From NCBI GenBank assembly GCA_963711845.1, contig CAVQFR010000041.1, positions 21,182 to 85,181 on the forward strand: 64,000 bases of DNA, written 5' to 3'. This DNA is from an uncultured delta proteobacterium (GTDB lineage: Bacteria > Desulfobacterota > BSN033 > UBA1163). Below the pieces are notes generated by a model. It saw only the letters and a list, made by a program, of their open reading frames with translations, did not search any database and was not told the DNA's origin. Positions 1 through 9,298 of the stretch are shown here, one piece after another; the first letter of the stretch is position 1; the number at the start of each line of letters is the position of its first letter. The translations under genes were made by a program, and so were the position numbers.

Positions 1-1995
1 CGTTGCCCCGCCATAAACCTGACCTTCCAGAAGCATGGGATTGATCGCTCTCCCGACGTCGTGGGCAGCAATATATTTCAGGATCTTCACCTGACCGGTT
101 TCCTTATCGACTTCAACTTCCACGCCGTGTGTTCCAAAGGCATAGGTGACCGAGAGATTTCCTTTAAATTCTCTGTCCAAATTCTCGTTGGCAGGATCGT
201 AAAAGTAGTCTGCCATGATCATGCTTCCGCCGGCGGTATAGTGGGCAGCTCTTAGGACCTTTCCCAGAGGAGACTTCTTCTCGGGATCTTTCTTTGAGAA
301 GATCGTTCTATCCCGGATATCTAAATCCTCAGGGCTTTCGCCCAATGACTTAGCGGCGACCTCGAGGAGTTGGTTCTTTACTTTTCTCGCTGCACCTATT
401 GCAGAATTTCCAGCCACAAAGGTGGTTCGACTGGCATGGGCTCCAACATCCCAGGGACAGATATCCGTATCCGTATGGGTGACGACCACATCTTCAACCC
501 TGACCCCAAGTTCTTCAGCAGTGATTTGAGCGATCACCGTATCCGAGCCCTGTCCCATATCGGTCGCGCCGGTGATCACATTGACCGTTCCGAAGTCGTC
601 GATTTTTATGATGGTACCGCAACCATCTGATTTATAGACCCGGGCGCCTCCACCGACATGGATCATCGAAGCCATCCCGAGTCCTCTCCCATCTCTTCTT
701 CCTCGATTCTGGCGCCAATCCAACTTTTCTGCCACAACATCAATGCACTCCCTCAGGCCGCAGGTGTTGATCTTGAAATTCTGGGGCGTCACTTCACCGG
801 GGGTGTTGGCATTTCTCATTCTGAAATCAAGAGGGTCGATCCCGGCCATTTCGGCTAAGATATCAATCTGGGAATCGATCGCAAAGGTCGCTTGGGGATT
901 TCCATATCCTCTCATGGCTTGAGAATAGGTATTATTGGTATAAACACATTTGGCGACATACCGGATATTGGGGACTTTATACAGAGAGGAGATGGGCATC
1001 ATCATCACCGAAGGTGTGGTGGCGCCCCAAGAAGTGTAAGCCCCATTGTCGAGGATCATTCGAATATCGCGAAAGGTGAGTCTCCCATCCCTCGTGCATC
1101 CCTGAGCAATATCGATGATCGCAGGCTGTCTGGGAGAAGTGGCAAAAAACTCCTCTTCACGACCAAAAATGATTTTGACAGGTTTTCGGGTCTTGTGAGC
1201 TAATAGGATGGCGATGTACTCGAAGGCATAGGTATCGAGTTTGCTTCCAAATCCGCCACCGATCATCGTTTTGATCACCCGAACCTTCTTGTCCTTCAAT
1301 CCCATCGTAGCGAGGGCGTCCGTGTAATCCCGCTGAGCGAGAGATGGAATCTGAGTGATGCTGTACATGGTGAGATTATTCTTCTGGTCGAACTGAGCCA
1401 GGCATCCACTCGTTCCCAGGCAGCAATGAGCAACCCACGTCACCTTAAAACGATCTTCAGCAACATAGGAGGAATTCTTTCTTGCCTCGTCCACGTCTCC
1501 TGCAACAAGCCTCCAGGGGAGATTGAGGACATTGGTCGGCTTTTTCTCTTTGCCGCCCACATGTTCCTCATGGATGAGGATGGCCCCTTCTTTCATGGCC
1601 TCTTCGGGGTCGAAGATGGCAGGAAGAATTTCATATTCGACCTTGATGAGACAGAGAGCCTCCTCGGCGATATCAGGATCTGTGGCAGCGACCGCAGCGA
1701 TCTCATCTCGCAAAGAGCAAACTTTATTTGCCTTGAGAGGGACATTGTCTTTATAGACACCGAACTTGATGGGAGGAATGTTGTAGCCCGTTAAAACGGC
1801 CTTCACCCCGGGAAGCTTTTCTGCTTTAGAGGTATCGATACTTTTTATCTTCGCATGGGCATGGGAACTGTAGAGGATTTTCCCGTAAAGCATCCCCGGG
1901 ATCTTCAGGTCGTGAATATAGACCGCCTTGCCCGTGACCTTTTCCTCTGCGTCCATCTTGGGGATTCGCTTTCCAACGTTGATAAACTCTTCCAT
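1..1995 (-). CDS. Xanthine dehydrogenase family molybdopterin-binding large subunit (CoxL/HcrA-like), C-terminally truncated by the window edge
   Basis: Minus-strand translation from ATG at 1995 (RBS GGAGGT upstream) gives MEEFINVGKRIPKMDAEEKVTGKAVYIHDLKIPGMLYGKILYSS... with later Mo-hydroxylase motifs such as GGGFGSKLD. The ORF runs off the window, so it is not in the supplied ORF track. It is co-oriented with the FAD and 2Fe-2S subunit genes. Confidence 0.85.
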   Translation of the reverse strand, partial: MEEFINVGKRIPKMDAEEKVTGKAVYIHDLKIPGMLYGKILYSSHAHAKIKSIDTSKAEKLPGVKAVLTGYNIPPIKFGVYKDNVPLKANKVCSLRDEIAAVAATDPDIAEEALCLIKVEYEILPAIFDPEEAMKEGAILIHEEHVGGKEKKPTNVLNLPWRLVAGDVDEARKNSSYVAEDRFKVTWVAHCCLGTSGCLAQFDQKNNLTMYSITQIPSLAQRDYTDALATMGLKDKKVRVIKTMIGGGFGSKLDTYAFEYIAILLAHKTRKPVKIIFGREEEFFATSPRQPAIIDIAQGCTRDGRLTFRDIRMILDNGAYTSWGATTPSVMMMPISSLYKVPNIRYVAKCVYTNNTYSQAMRGYGNPQATFAIDSQIDILAEMAGIDPLDFRMRNANTPGEVTPQNFKINTCGLRECIDVVAEKLDWRQNRGRRDGRGLGMASMIHVGGGARVYKSDGCGTIIKIDDFGTVNVITGATDMGQGSDTVIAQITAEELGVRVEDVVVTHTDTDICPWDVGAHASRTTFVAGNSAIGAARKVKNQLLEVAAKSLGESPEDLDIRDRTIFSKKDPEKKSPLGKVLRAAHYTAGGSMIMADYFYDPANENLDREFKGNLSVTYAFGTHGVEVEVDKETGQVKILKYIAAHDVGRAINPMLLEGQVYGGAT

Positions 1996-2008
1996 GGCGA
2001 CCTCCGTT

Positions 2009-2431
2009 TCAAATACCAATCTCCAATATCGAAACATCAAATAAGCTCCAATGATCAATTCCCCAATTAATAAATTTGTCAGCAATTGATGAAAAAATCT
2101 TCTTCAATTCAAAAGCCTCTATTAATAATATGTCGATCTTTTCCTTAAATTCTGGATTTGCATCTATCAAAAGTTCCAGCCAGTAATGGGTTTCTTTAGC
2201 TTCTTTTCGTGCAATTTTGATTCGGTACTTGAAATCCTTTTTGCTTAAAGCATCATTTGCTTCGCGATAGTTTGCGCCAATCGAGCCGCTTGAATCTATC
2301 AGCTGGCCGATGACTTCATTATTGATCACATTTTGGGACAACTGTTTGCAAAGCCTTATTACCTTTTTAGCAAATTCAAGAGTTCGCTCTTCGAGATCAA
2401 AGCTATGTCTGGTTGTTTGTGAATTGGTCAT
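2009..2431 (-). CDS. Four-helix-bundle protein (23S rRNA intervening-sequence protein family)
   Basis: 140 aa. The pattern ...GANYREANDALSKKDFKYRIKIARKEAKETHYWLELL... is typical of TIGR02436-like four-helix-bundle proteins. The gene sits between the small and large Mo-hydroxylase subunit genes. Confidence 0.65.
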   Translation of the reverse strand: MTNSQTTRHSFDLEERTLEFAKKVIRLCKQLSQNVINNEVIGQLIDSSGSIGANYREANDALSKKDFKYRIKIARKEAKETHYWLELLIDANPEFKEKIDILLIEAFELKKIFSSIADKFINWGIDHWSLFDVSILEIGI

Positions 2432-2474
2432 TGATTATTATTTGGTTATTGAAATTTGGTTATCGGGTATTAGT

Positions 2475-2942
2475 TTATTTCTGTCCACTGGCTGCTTTAA
2501 TGGCCTGAACGATCTGGAGATAACCCGTGCAACGGCATAGGTTTCCGGCAATCCCTGTCCGAATCTCCTCCTCGGTCGGTTTTGGATTCTCATCCAGGAG
2601 GGCTTTGGCAGAGAGGACCATGCCCGGGGTACAGAAACCACACTGGATGGCTCCATATTCGATGAAAGCCTTCTGAACGGGATGGAGTTTTCCCTGGGAA
2701 TCGGTCAGGCCCTCGATGGTGATCACGCTCTTCCCATCCACCTCCATGGCAGGAAAGATGCAGGAATTGACGGACTTTCCATCTAAAAGGACGGTGCAGG
2801 CGCCGCATTCCCCCATGCCACACCCTTCTTTCGTTCCTGTCAGTTCCAATTTATCCCTCAATAATTGCAGAAGGGTGAGATGAGGTTCGATCTCCACCTC
2901 CGCAGACTCTCCATTTAGCGTGAAACGCAACGTCTTCTTCAT
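2475..2942 (-). CDS. (2Fe-2S)-binding small subunit of a molybdenum hydroxylase (CoxS/HcrC-like)
   Basis: 155 aa with both Cys clusters ([11 protein letters not shown] and [14 protein letters not shown]). Confidence 0.9.
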   Translation of the reverse strand: MKKTLRFTLNGESAEVEIEPHLTLLQLLRDKLELTGTKEGCGMGECGACTVLLDGKSVNSCIFPAMEVDGKSVITIEGLTDSQGKLHPVQKAFIEYGAIQCGFCTPGMVLSAKALLDENPKPTEEEIRTGIAGNLCRCTGYLQIVQAIKAASGQK

Positions 2943-3203
2943 TGTTTAAGCTCCTTCCCAAGGAGAATAACTGGCACCGCTATCGCTAAAAATCCGAAAT
3001 CCGAATATCGAAATCCGAATATCAAATCCACAAACTCTAATCGACCAAATTTTCAAAGAGCTTATCGGATTACTTAATAGTTTAAATTTCGAGTTTCGAG
3101 TAATTTGAATATTGTTTCGAATTGATCCCTTCGGGATGCTTCGCCCGGATTTCGTGCTTCGAATTTCAAAATTAACCCGCGGTTCATTCATAAAAGATGG
3201 TAA
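2943..3203. repeat. Intergenic heptad-periodic repeat element (AAATCCG/AATATCG tandem plus GGATTTCGTGCTTCGAATTT arm)
   Basis: aaatccgaaatccgaatatcgaaatccgaatatcaaatcc at about 2985-3030 and ggatttcgtgcttcgaatttcaaa at about 3140-3165. The same motifs recur in the intergenic region 15648-15860. Confidence 0.6.
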
Positions 3204-4175
3204 TTACCACAGCCTTTCAGGGAAGATGGTCTCTTCAGGCTGGACCACTCTCTCTATGGATTTCATCGCCATTCGTTTTACCAGGACCCTGACCATGTCT
3301 TTACGGTACCAGGCCTCACCTCGGAGCGTGTCCCTTGGCTGCGCTTCCTGGGAGGCGATATTTGCGACCTCCTCCAAGAGCTCGTCACTCAGTTTTTTAC
3401 CCCTGAGAAGGGCTTCGGCTTTCAATGCCCTCATCGGCGTCGGCGCCGCTACTCCCAAAGCAATCCTCACATCCTTACAGATGATTTCATCTTCTTCCAT
3501 CTTATGAAGGATGGTTGAAATAGGGGAGGCCGTGCAAAGCAGGTCGGAACAGGTGACTTTGTCCTTATCGAGTGAAAGAAGGACAGATACTCCTAAGATG
3601 GGGAGGTCCAGGGCGAGACGCCTCTGAAGTTTATAGTAAGCAGATCCGGTATTGGGCAAAGGCTTAGGAATCGATAGCTCTTTAACCAATTCCCCTGTTT
3701 TTAATACGCTTTCCCCTGGTCCTTTAAAGAATTCCTCAACGGGAAGGGTTCTCTCTTCTTTGAGGTTCTTGATCTTGACCTGAGTCCCGAGAACCAGAAG
3801 GGGAGTGGCTGTATCTGCTGAGGGGGCAGCCGTACAGACGTTGCCGCCAATGGTCGCTACATTACGGATCTGGACCGAGCCGAGATAATCCACCGCATCG
3901 GCTAAGGCGGAGAAATTTTTTCTGATGACCTCAGACTTCTCAATCGCCCGGTGAGTGACCATCGGTCCGATGCTCAAAGATCCATTGTATTTCATCTGGT
4001 CCAGACCCGGGATCCCCTGCAAGGAGATGAGGACGTCAGGAGCCATCGCTTTCTGCTTGATCATAACGATGACATCCGTCCCCCCCGCAATCAATTTTGC
4101 TTTCTCACCATATTTCGCAAGAAGGGTGAGAGCTTCCTCGAAGGTCTTTGGTCTAAAATAATCAAACTTTTTCAT
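3204..4175 (-). CDS. FAD-binding subunit of a molybdenum hydroxylase (CoxM/HcrB-like)
   Basis: 323 aa. FAD-binding fold (GGTDV..., AIGGNV). The order M-S-L matches CoxMSL organisation. Confidence 0.85.
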   Translation of the reverse strand: MKKFDYFRPKTFEEALTLLAKYGEKAKLIAGGTDVIVMIKQKAMAPDVLISLQGIPGLDQMKYNGSLSIGPMVTHRAIEKSEVIRKNFSALADAVDYLGSVQIRNVATIGGNVCTAAPSADTATPLLVLGTQVKIKNLKEERTLPVEEFFKGPGESVLKTGELVKELSIPKPLPNTGSAYYKLQRRLALDLPILGVSVLLSLDKDKVTCSDLLCTASPISTILHKMEEDEIICKDVRIALGVAAPTPMRALKAEALLRGKKLSDELLEEVANIASQEAQPRDTLRGEAWYRKDMVRVLVKRMAMKSIERVVQPEETIFPERLW

Positions 4176-4238
4176 AGAAGCCTCCGATATCCCCTTTCCA
4201 TGAATTCCCCATAGGGGAGGATGAATGTCGGCCGATTC

Positions 4239-5546
4239 TTATCTCACAAGATCGGATAAAACCAAAACGGTCCAGTAAGGGGAGAGACATAGGAGAATAT
4301 TAGCAATAAAGTAAGTAGGGATATAGTATACGGCACCTCTAAAGACAGTTCCGATGGGAATATCCTTAGCCATTCCGGCTACGACATAACAACAGATCCC
4401 GATGGGTGGCATGAGGGCTCCCATGGTGGTGGTGATCGTAATGATCTGTCCATACCAGATCGGGTCATAACCCATTCCCTGGACGATCGGGTAAAAGATG
4501 GGGAGGGATATTAAGAGAAAAGCCAATGCATCCATGACGCAACCGCCGATCATATAGCAGAAGAGGATGATCCAGAGCAACATCCAATTCGGCAACGCAA
4601 GCGTACTGATCCACGATGCCGCTTCGAAGGGTAATCGGGTCACGGCAAGAAAACGGCCAAAAATCGTGGCGCCCGCGACAATCATAAAAACCAGGCATGA
4701 AATACGAAGCGTGTCAACACAGGAAGCAACAAATCCCTTCCAGGTCAGTTTTTTTCTCACGATACAGATAATCAGACCCACGGCGCTGCTCGCTGCCGCA
4801 GCCTCTGTGGCAGTCACCATCCCTGTAAAAAGAGCGACCATGATGATAAGAAATAGGATGACGATATCGATCGCATCGGGAAGGGCCCTCCATCTTTCTT
4901 TCCAAGTGCTTTTAGGCCCTTTGGGACCCCAGTCCGGATGTCGATGACAGATGTAGACGACGGTGGCTGCAATTAAAAGGGTAAGGATGGCACTGGGAAT
5001 CACATTTCCGAAAAAGAGTTTGCCGATGGATTGACCCGTGTAGATGGCATAAACGACGAGCACAATACTCGGGGGGATCATGACCCCGAGGGTGGAACCG
5101 GCCACGACCGACCCTGCACTGAGCATCGGGTGGTAGTGATATTTTTTCATTTCCGGGATGGCGACGGAGCTCATGGTCGCAGCCGTTGCCGTATTCGAAC
5201 CGCTGATGGCTGAGAAGGCTGCACAGGCCATGATCGTGGTGATCGCTAAACCTCCTTTATAATGGCCAAACCATTTGTAGGTGGTAAAATAAAGCGTATT
5301 ATTATATCCTCCGTAATGAGCAAATTCTCCGACCAGGATGAACATGGGGATGACCGTCAGGCCATAATTCGAGAAGATATTCCACATATCAGTGCCGATC
5401 ATTCCAAGGGCTGCTTTGAAACCGGCCACATAACTGAATCCTAAAAATCCAACCAATGCCATCGTAAAGCCGACAGGTATCCTGAGGAGGAAGAGGACGA
5501 CGAACATGAGGAGAATTCCATAGACTCCAACGATCGGACCTTCCAT
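4239..5546 (-). CDS. dctM: TRAP transporter large permease (DctM family)
   Basis: 435 aa polytopic membrane protein with a typical DctM profile, immediately downstream of DctQ and DctP genes. Confidence 0.9.
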   Translation of the reverse strand: MEGPIVGVYGILLMFVVLFLLRIPVGFTMALVGFLGFSYVAGFKAALGMIGTDMWNIFSNYGLTVIPMFILVGEFAHYGGYNNTLYFTTYKWFGHYKGGLAITTIMACAAFSAISGSNTATAATMSSVAIPEMKKYHYHPMLSAGSVVAGSTLGVMIPPSIVLVVYAIYTGQSIGKLFFGNVIPSAILTLLIAATVVYICHRHPDWGPKGPKSTWKERWRALPDAIDIVILFLIIMVALFTGMVTATEAAAASSAVGLIICIVRKKLTWKGFVASCVDTLRISCLVFMIVAGATIFGRFLAVTRLPFEAASWISTLALPNWMLLWIILFCYMIGGCVMDALAFLLISLPIFYPIVQGMGYDPIWYGQIITITTTMGALMPPIGICCYVVAGMAKDIPIGTVFRGAVYYIPTYFIANILLCLSPYWTVLVLSDLVR

Positions 5547-5553
5547 CTGTTGT

Positions 5554-6042
5554 CTAGTCCTCCTTGCTTTTTAAGTTCTTGAGAAAATCTATAATGAGTG
5601 TGAGGGAGAAGACTGCGAATCCGAATGCGACACTATAGATAAAGGGATGGAAGACAATTTTTAAGGTTTCCGAGACCTCTCCTGATTTCGATATCTTCAT
5701 GCCCCAGACGAATACCTGCCAGGAGACGATCGCAAAGAAAATCGTCGTAATAAAATAATTGATCCCATCGAGAACCCGGTTGATCCGTTTAGGAAACTTT
5801 TCTGTTAAGATGTCGACAACGATATGATCTTTTCTTTTCTGGGTGTAGCCGAGCGCAAAAGCGATGACGATGGCTCCTAAAAACCCGACGGTTTCATAGG
5901 CCCCTCGCCAGGTCGATTTAATCAAGGGGATTCTCAAAAAGGCATTCGTTGTTGCAATGGCCATGAGGAGGAGTACGGCGACGCTGCCTAAAACCATCAG
6001 GATCTTGTTGAAGAAAACATTTATCTTTTCGAGATAATTCAT
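5554..6042 (-). CDS. dctQ: TRAP transporter small permease (DctQ family)
   Basis: 162 aa with four predicted TM helices, positioned between the DctP and DctM genes. Confidence 0.8.
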   Translation of the reverse strand: MNYLEKINVFFNKILMVLGSVAVLLLMAIATTNAFLRIPLIKSTWRGAYETVGFLGAIVIAFALGYTQKRKDHIVVDILTEKFPKRINRVLDGINYFITTIFFAIVSWQVFVWGMKISKSGEVSETLKIVFHPFIYSVAFGFAVFSLTLIIDFLKNLKSKED

Positions 6043-6106
6043 TCTCTTCCCCCGTCCCTCTCAATAAATGGGGTGCCCGGGAATTTCCCGGGCAATCCAT
6101 CGTTCA

Positions 6107-7129
6107 TTACTTGTACTGCTTTTCGTACTTCTCCTTCAACGCGTTGACATCCTTCATGATCTGCTTGCCGTTTAACCCCGCTTTCGTCACTCTCTCAACA
6201 TAGCCGTCGATCAGGGGTTTAATCAGTTTGGGTACCTCGGCTTTTTCACTGGCAGGAAGTTCAAAGATCTGAAGGTTATATTTTTCCTTTGACCACTTGA
6301 GCGACTCCAGGACATGATTATCAACATAGTTTCCCGTCCAGAGCGCCCATTCCTTTCTCATGCCGTCGATCACTTTCTTCACGTCGGCAGGCAGTGAGTC
6401 CCACTTATCTTTATTCATCACGACGCTAAAGGTGACCACCCATAGGTTTGCAATGGTCGCATTCGCCGTGTATGCAGCATAGTTAAAGTCTTTGAGGACT
6501 TCCATGGAAGACACATGGCCTTTTACCGTCCCCTTCTGGAGCGCCTCGGGTGTATCGGACTGCGGCATGGCGACCGGGATCCCGCCCAGATTTTTTATGA
6601 TGTCGGCTTGAGTTCCCCCCACCCTTAATTCCAGTCCTTTTAGATCGTTAAGAGATTTCACCGGTTTAATGGTCATGATGTTCGCCGGCGGGCATGTAAA
6701 CAAGGTAATAATCTTTACCTTTTCAAATTCTTTGGGTTTATATTTTTCGATGAGATCATAGAGAGTAAGGCTTGCGGCTTTTGCGCTTGCAAATCCGACA
6801 GGTTGGTCAACCGCCTCTGAGATAGGGAAACGACCCGGTTGGTAGCTCATCGCTAAGCAACCAATATCCGCCGTCCCGGAGATGACCCCTTCGAACATGT
6901 TTTTCGGATTGAGCAGAGTGCTGCCGGGAAAGGTTTGGATGGCCACCTTTCCTGCGGTCCTTTTTTCCACCTCTTTTTTCCATTCCTCCATCTGGACACA
7001 CGGGAAAGTTGGAGCGGGGGGAAAGTTTGCATAAGTCAATTTAATCTGAGCCTGGGCGGGGAGGGATAATAAACTGATCCCCAATAAGAAGGCTACTAGT
7101 ACCATCATGGATATACTCTTTTGTTTCAT
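6107..7129 (-). CDS. dctP: TRAP transporter substrate-binding protein (DctP family)
   Basis: Signal peptide MKQKSISMMVLVAFLLGISLLSLPAQA. The likely true start is ATG at 7129 with AAGGAGG 10 nt upstream. DctP-like periplasmic binding fold. Confidence 0.85.
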   Translation of the reverse strand: MKQKSISMMVLVAFLLGISLLSLPAQAQIKLTYANFPPAPTFPCVQMEEWKKEVEKRTAGKVAIQTFPGSTLLNPKNMFEGVISGTADIGCLAMSYQPGRFPISEAVDQPVGFASAKAASLTLYDLIEKYKPKEFEKVKIITLFTCPPANIMTIKPVKSLNDLKGLELRVGGTQADIIKNLGGIPVAMPQSDTPEALQKGTVKGHVSSMEVLKDFNYAAYTANATIANLWVVTFSVVMNKDKWDSLPADVKKVIDGMRKEWALWTGNYVDNHVLESLKWSKEKYNLQIFELPASEKAEVPKLIKPLIDGYVERVTKAGLNGKQIMKDVNALKEKYEKQYK

Positions 7130-7167
7130 TTTCCCTTGACCTCCTTTCGAAGTTTCATAACTCATTT

Positions 7168-7186
7168 ACGGTATACTGTATACAAA
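7168..7186. promoter_or_regulatory. Putative GntR-type operator (GGTATACTGTATACAAAG) upstream of the TRAP operon
   Basis: A GTATAC-containing pseudo-palindrome. Two near-identical copies sit in the GntR/CoA-transferase divergent region (16985-17003 and 17122-17140). Confidence 0.45.
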
Positions 7187-7248
7187 GTGTCAACCTCCTG
7201 TCAAGCTTTATTGAGCGAAATCACCTCCTTTTTCTGATTTAAAAAGCA

Positions 7249-7770
7249 TCATATTTCTCCAATCGTTAGCCCGGTTTCCCCGTAAGGAAGAGGAACGATA
7301 AAAACCGGTTTTTTGGCTCGATCCAATACCGAGCGGGCCACACTCCCCAGAAAGGTTTGTTTTAAGAATCCTTTTCCATGGGTTCCAAGGACGATGATGC
7401 TGCAATCCTCTTCGTCCGCTGCTTTCAATATTTCCTCAACAGGATATCCCGGACGGACAAGGATGCTCGAAACCTGGGCAAGGCATTGGGGAGCCTCTTG
7501 GGTTTCTTGCTTACAAAATTCCTGTAATCGTTTTTTGATCCGTTCAATCGCTAAATCCTGCTCATATTTAATCTTTTCTTCCCATTTAGACTCATCGACA
7601 TAAACTTTCATATAATGTTTTGCTATGGAGGGAATAGGTTCAATGACATGTAAAATGATCATCCCTGCATCATACTTTTCTGCCATCTTTGTGGCATATC
7701 GAAATGCGTAGACAGAGTTTTTACTCAAGTCTGTGGCATAGAGAATTTTCTTTATTTGTGGGATCATCAT
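7249..7770 (-). CDS. Universal stress protein (UspA family)
   Basis: 173 aa with Usp-domain motifs (ILHVIEP..., VLGTHGKGFLKQTFLGSVA...). Confidence 0.85.
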   Translation of the reverse strand: MMIPQIKKILYATDLSKNSVYAFRYATKMAEKYDAGMIILHVIEPIPSIAKHYMKVYVDESKWEEKIKYEQDLAIERIKKRLQEFCKQETQEAPQCLAQVSSILVRPGYPVEEILKAADEEDCSIIVLGTHGKGFLKQTFLGSVARSVLDRAKKPVFIVPLPYGETGLTIGEI

Positions 7771-7786
7771 GTTCCTCCAAAAAAAA

Positions 7787-7868
7787 TTAGTGAGGGTTCA
7801 AGGGTTCGAGGGTTCCAGGGGCAAAGCTTTTCGATTCCGCATTCCACAATCTGCATTCCGCATTCGAA
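7787..7868. repeat. Intergenic periodic repeat (GAGGGTTC octads followed by GCATTCC heptads)
   Basis: gagggttcaagggttcgagggttccagggg...cgattccgcattccacaatctgcattccgcattcgaatc. A related copy is at 52150-52244. Confidence 0.55.
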
Positions 7869-9161
7869 TCAAATGTCCCGATTATCAAAAACCCGTTTGC
7901 TCTTTCGCTCCGATCTCGGAAGGGTTCCGTAGTTAACGATCTCCACTTTGCCGCTGACCAGAATCTGTTTTTTAATCTCTTCCTCAATAGACCTGGCCAG
8001 GGTTAGGTCTTCTGTTGGATGACCCCCTTCCGTCCTTTCGACCTTAATCGTCATATAATCCTTGCCGTCTTCTTTTTGGTCAAGGTGAATCTGGTATTCA
8101 CTGCCCACCCCCTTTGTGTTGGACAGGATATGATCAATCTGACCGGGGTAGATGTTGACCGCCCTGATGATAAACATATCGTCCGAACGACCCAACAATC
8201 GGTCATGCATCGGAAGGATAGAGCCGCAAGAGCACCGCTTTGGAATGAGTTTGGTGAGGTCCCGGGTCCGGTAGCGGACAAGAGGAGCAGCTTCTTTCCG
8301 GAGGGTTGTGATCACCATCTCGCCCGTCTCTCCGGGGGGTACAGGTTGAAGAGTTTCGGGATCCAGAAGTTCAAGAATGTAGTAGTCTGCCCAGTAATGG
8401 ATGCCTTCGTGATAGAGACAATCGAGCCCTGTGCCGGGACCATAAAGTTCGGTCAACCCGGGGATATCGAAGACATGGTCCACACCCAGGAGCTCCTTCA
8501 TCTTCTTTCTCTGGGCATCGCTTGAACGCTCAGAGCCCATAATCAATTTTTTGAGAGCAATTTTGTTTCTCAGGACCCTCTTTTCGATTTCCTCTGCCAT
8601 GAGGATGCCCATCGAGGCGGTGCAGCATAAGACGGTTGATTGAAAGTCTTCTAAGAACTGACATTGCATATCGATATTGCCCGGACCGATGGGGATGGCC
8701 ATCGCCCCCAAACGTTCGACCCCTAACTGAAAACCAACTCCAGCCGTCCAGACGCCATATCCCACGGCAATTTGGACCCGGTCCTTCGTGGTCAATCCAG
8801 CCATCTCATAACAGCGGGCAAACATATTGGCCCAATCATTAATATCCTTCTGTGTGTAGCAAAGGACCTTTCGCTTTCCGGTCGTTCCGGAGGAAGCGTG
8901 TATTCGAACAATCTTTTCAAAAGGGGTTGATCTTAGCGGAAAAGGATATCCTTCCTGAAGATCTTTAGAGGTGGTGAAGGGAAGCTTAGAGATATCCTTG
9001 AGAGATTTGATATGCTGGGGCTTCACTCCCGCCTCATCAAATCGTTTTCGATAAAATTCAGAATTCTTATAGACATGGTTTACGGTCCATTGAAGCCCTT
9101 CCGTCTGAATCCGCTTCAGCTCCCTCTCCGTCCTGATTTTCGGCATGAAGGTTCGTCCCAT
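7869..9161 (-). CDS. Phenylacetate-CoA ligase family (PaaK / coenzyme F390 synthetase-like) aryl-acid-CoA ligase
   Basis: 430 aa with the PaaK-type AMP-forming ligase architecture (N-terminal ...KSLKDISKLPFTTSKDL...). RBS GGGGGA sits 7 nt upstream of the start. Confidence 0.85.
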   Translation of the reverse strand: MGRTFMPKIRTERELKRIQTEGLQWTVNHVYKNSEFYRKRFDEAGVKPQHIKSLKDISKLPFTTSKDLQEGYPFPLRSTPFEKIVRIHASSGTTGKRKVLCYTQKDINDWANMFARCYEMAGLTTKDRVQIAVGYGVWTAGVGFQLGVERLGAMAIPIGPGNIDMQCQFLEDFQSTVLCCTASMGILMAEEIEKRVLRNKIALKKLIMGSERSSDAQRKKMKELLGVDHVFDIPGLTELYGPGTGLDCLYHEGIHYWADYYILELLDPETLQPVPPGETGEMVITTLRKEAAPLVRYRTRDLTKLIPKRCSCGSILPMHDRLLGRSDDMFIIRAVNIYPGQIDHILSNTKGVGSEYQIHLDQKEDGKDYMTIKVERTEGGHPTEDLTLARSIEEEIKKQILVSGKVEIVNYGTLPRSERKSKRVFDNRDI

Positions 9162-9298
9162 AGGTTATCCCCCGCTATGATACTTTAAATTTCTATTAAT
9201 TCATATATTTTTTAGGATGGCGAACCTTCCCACTGAAAGTTCAGAGTTTCTAACTTGGAATCCGTAATGGTTGCTTTTGTATCTTCGAACTCAGCCGG

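Noticed and set aside
61-1794. Plus-strand ORFs (61..255, 370..630, 658..858, 892..1203, 1426..1794, 1523..1756) at the window start
   Set aside because: They lie antisense to a continuous minus-strand reading frame that encodes a full xanthine-dehydrogenase-family molybdopterin subunit with clear conserved motifs. They have no RBS or homology support.
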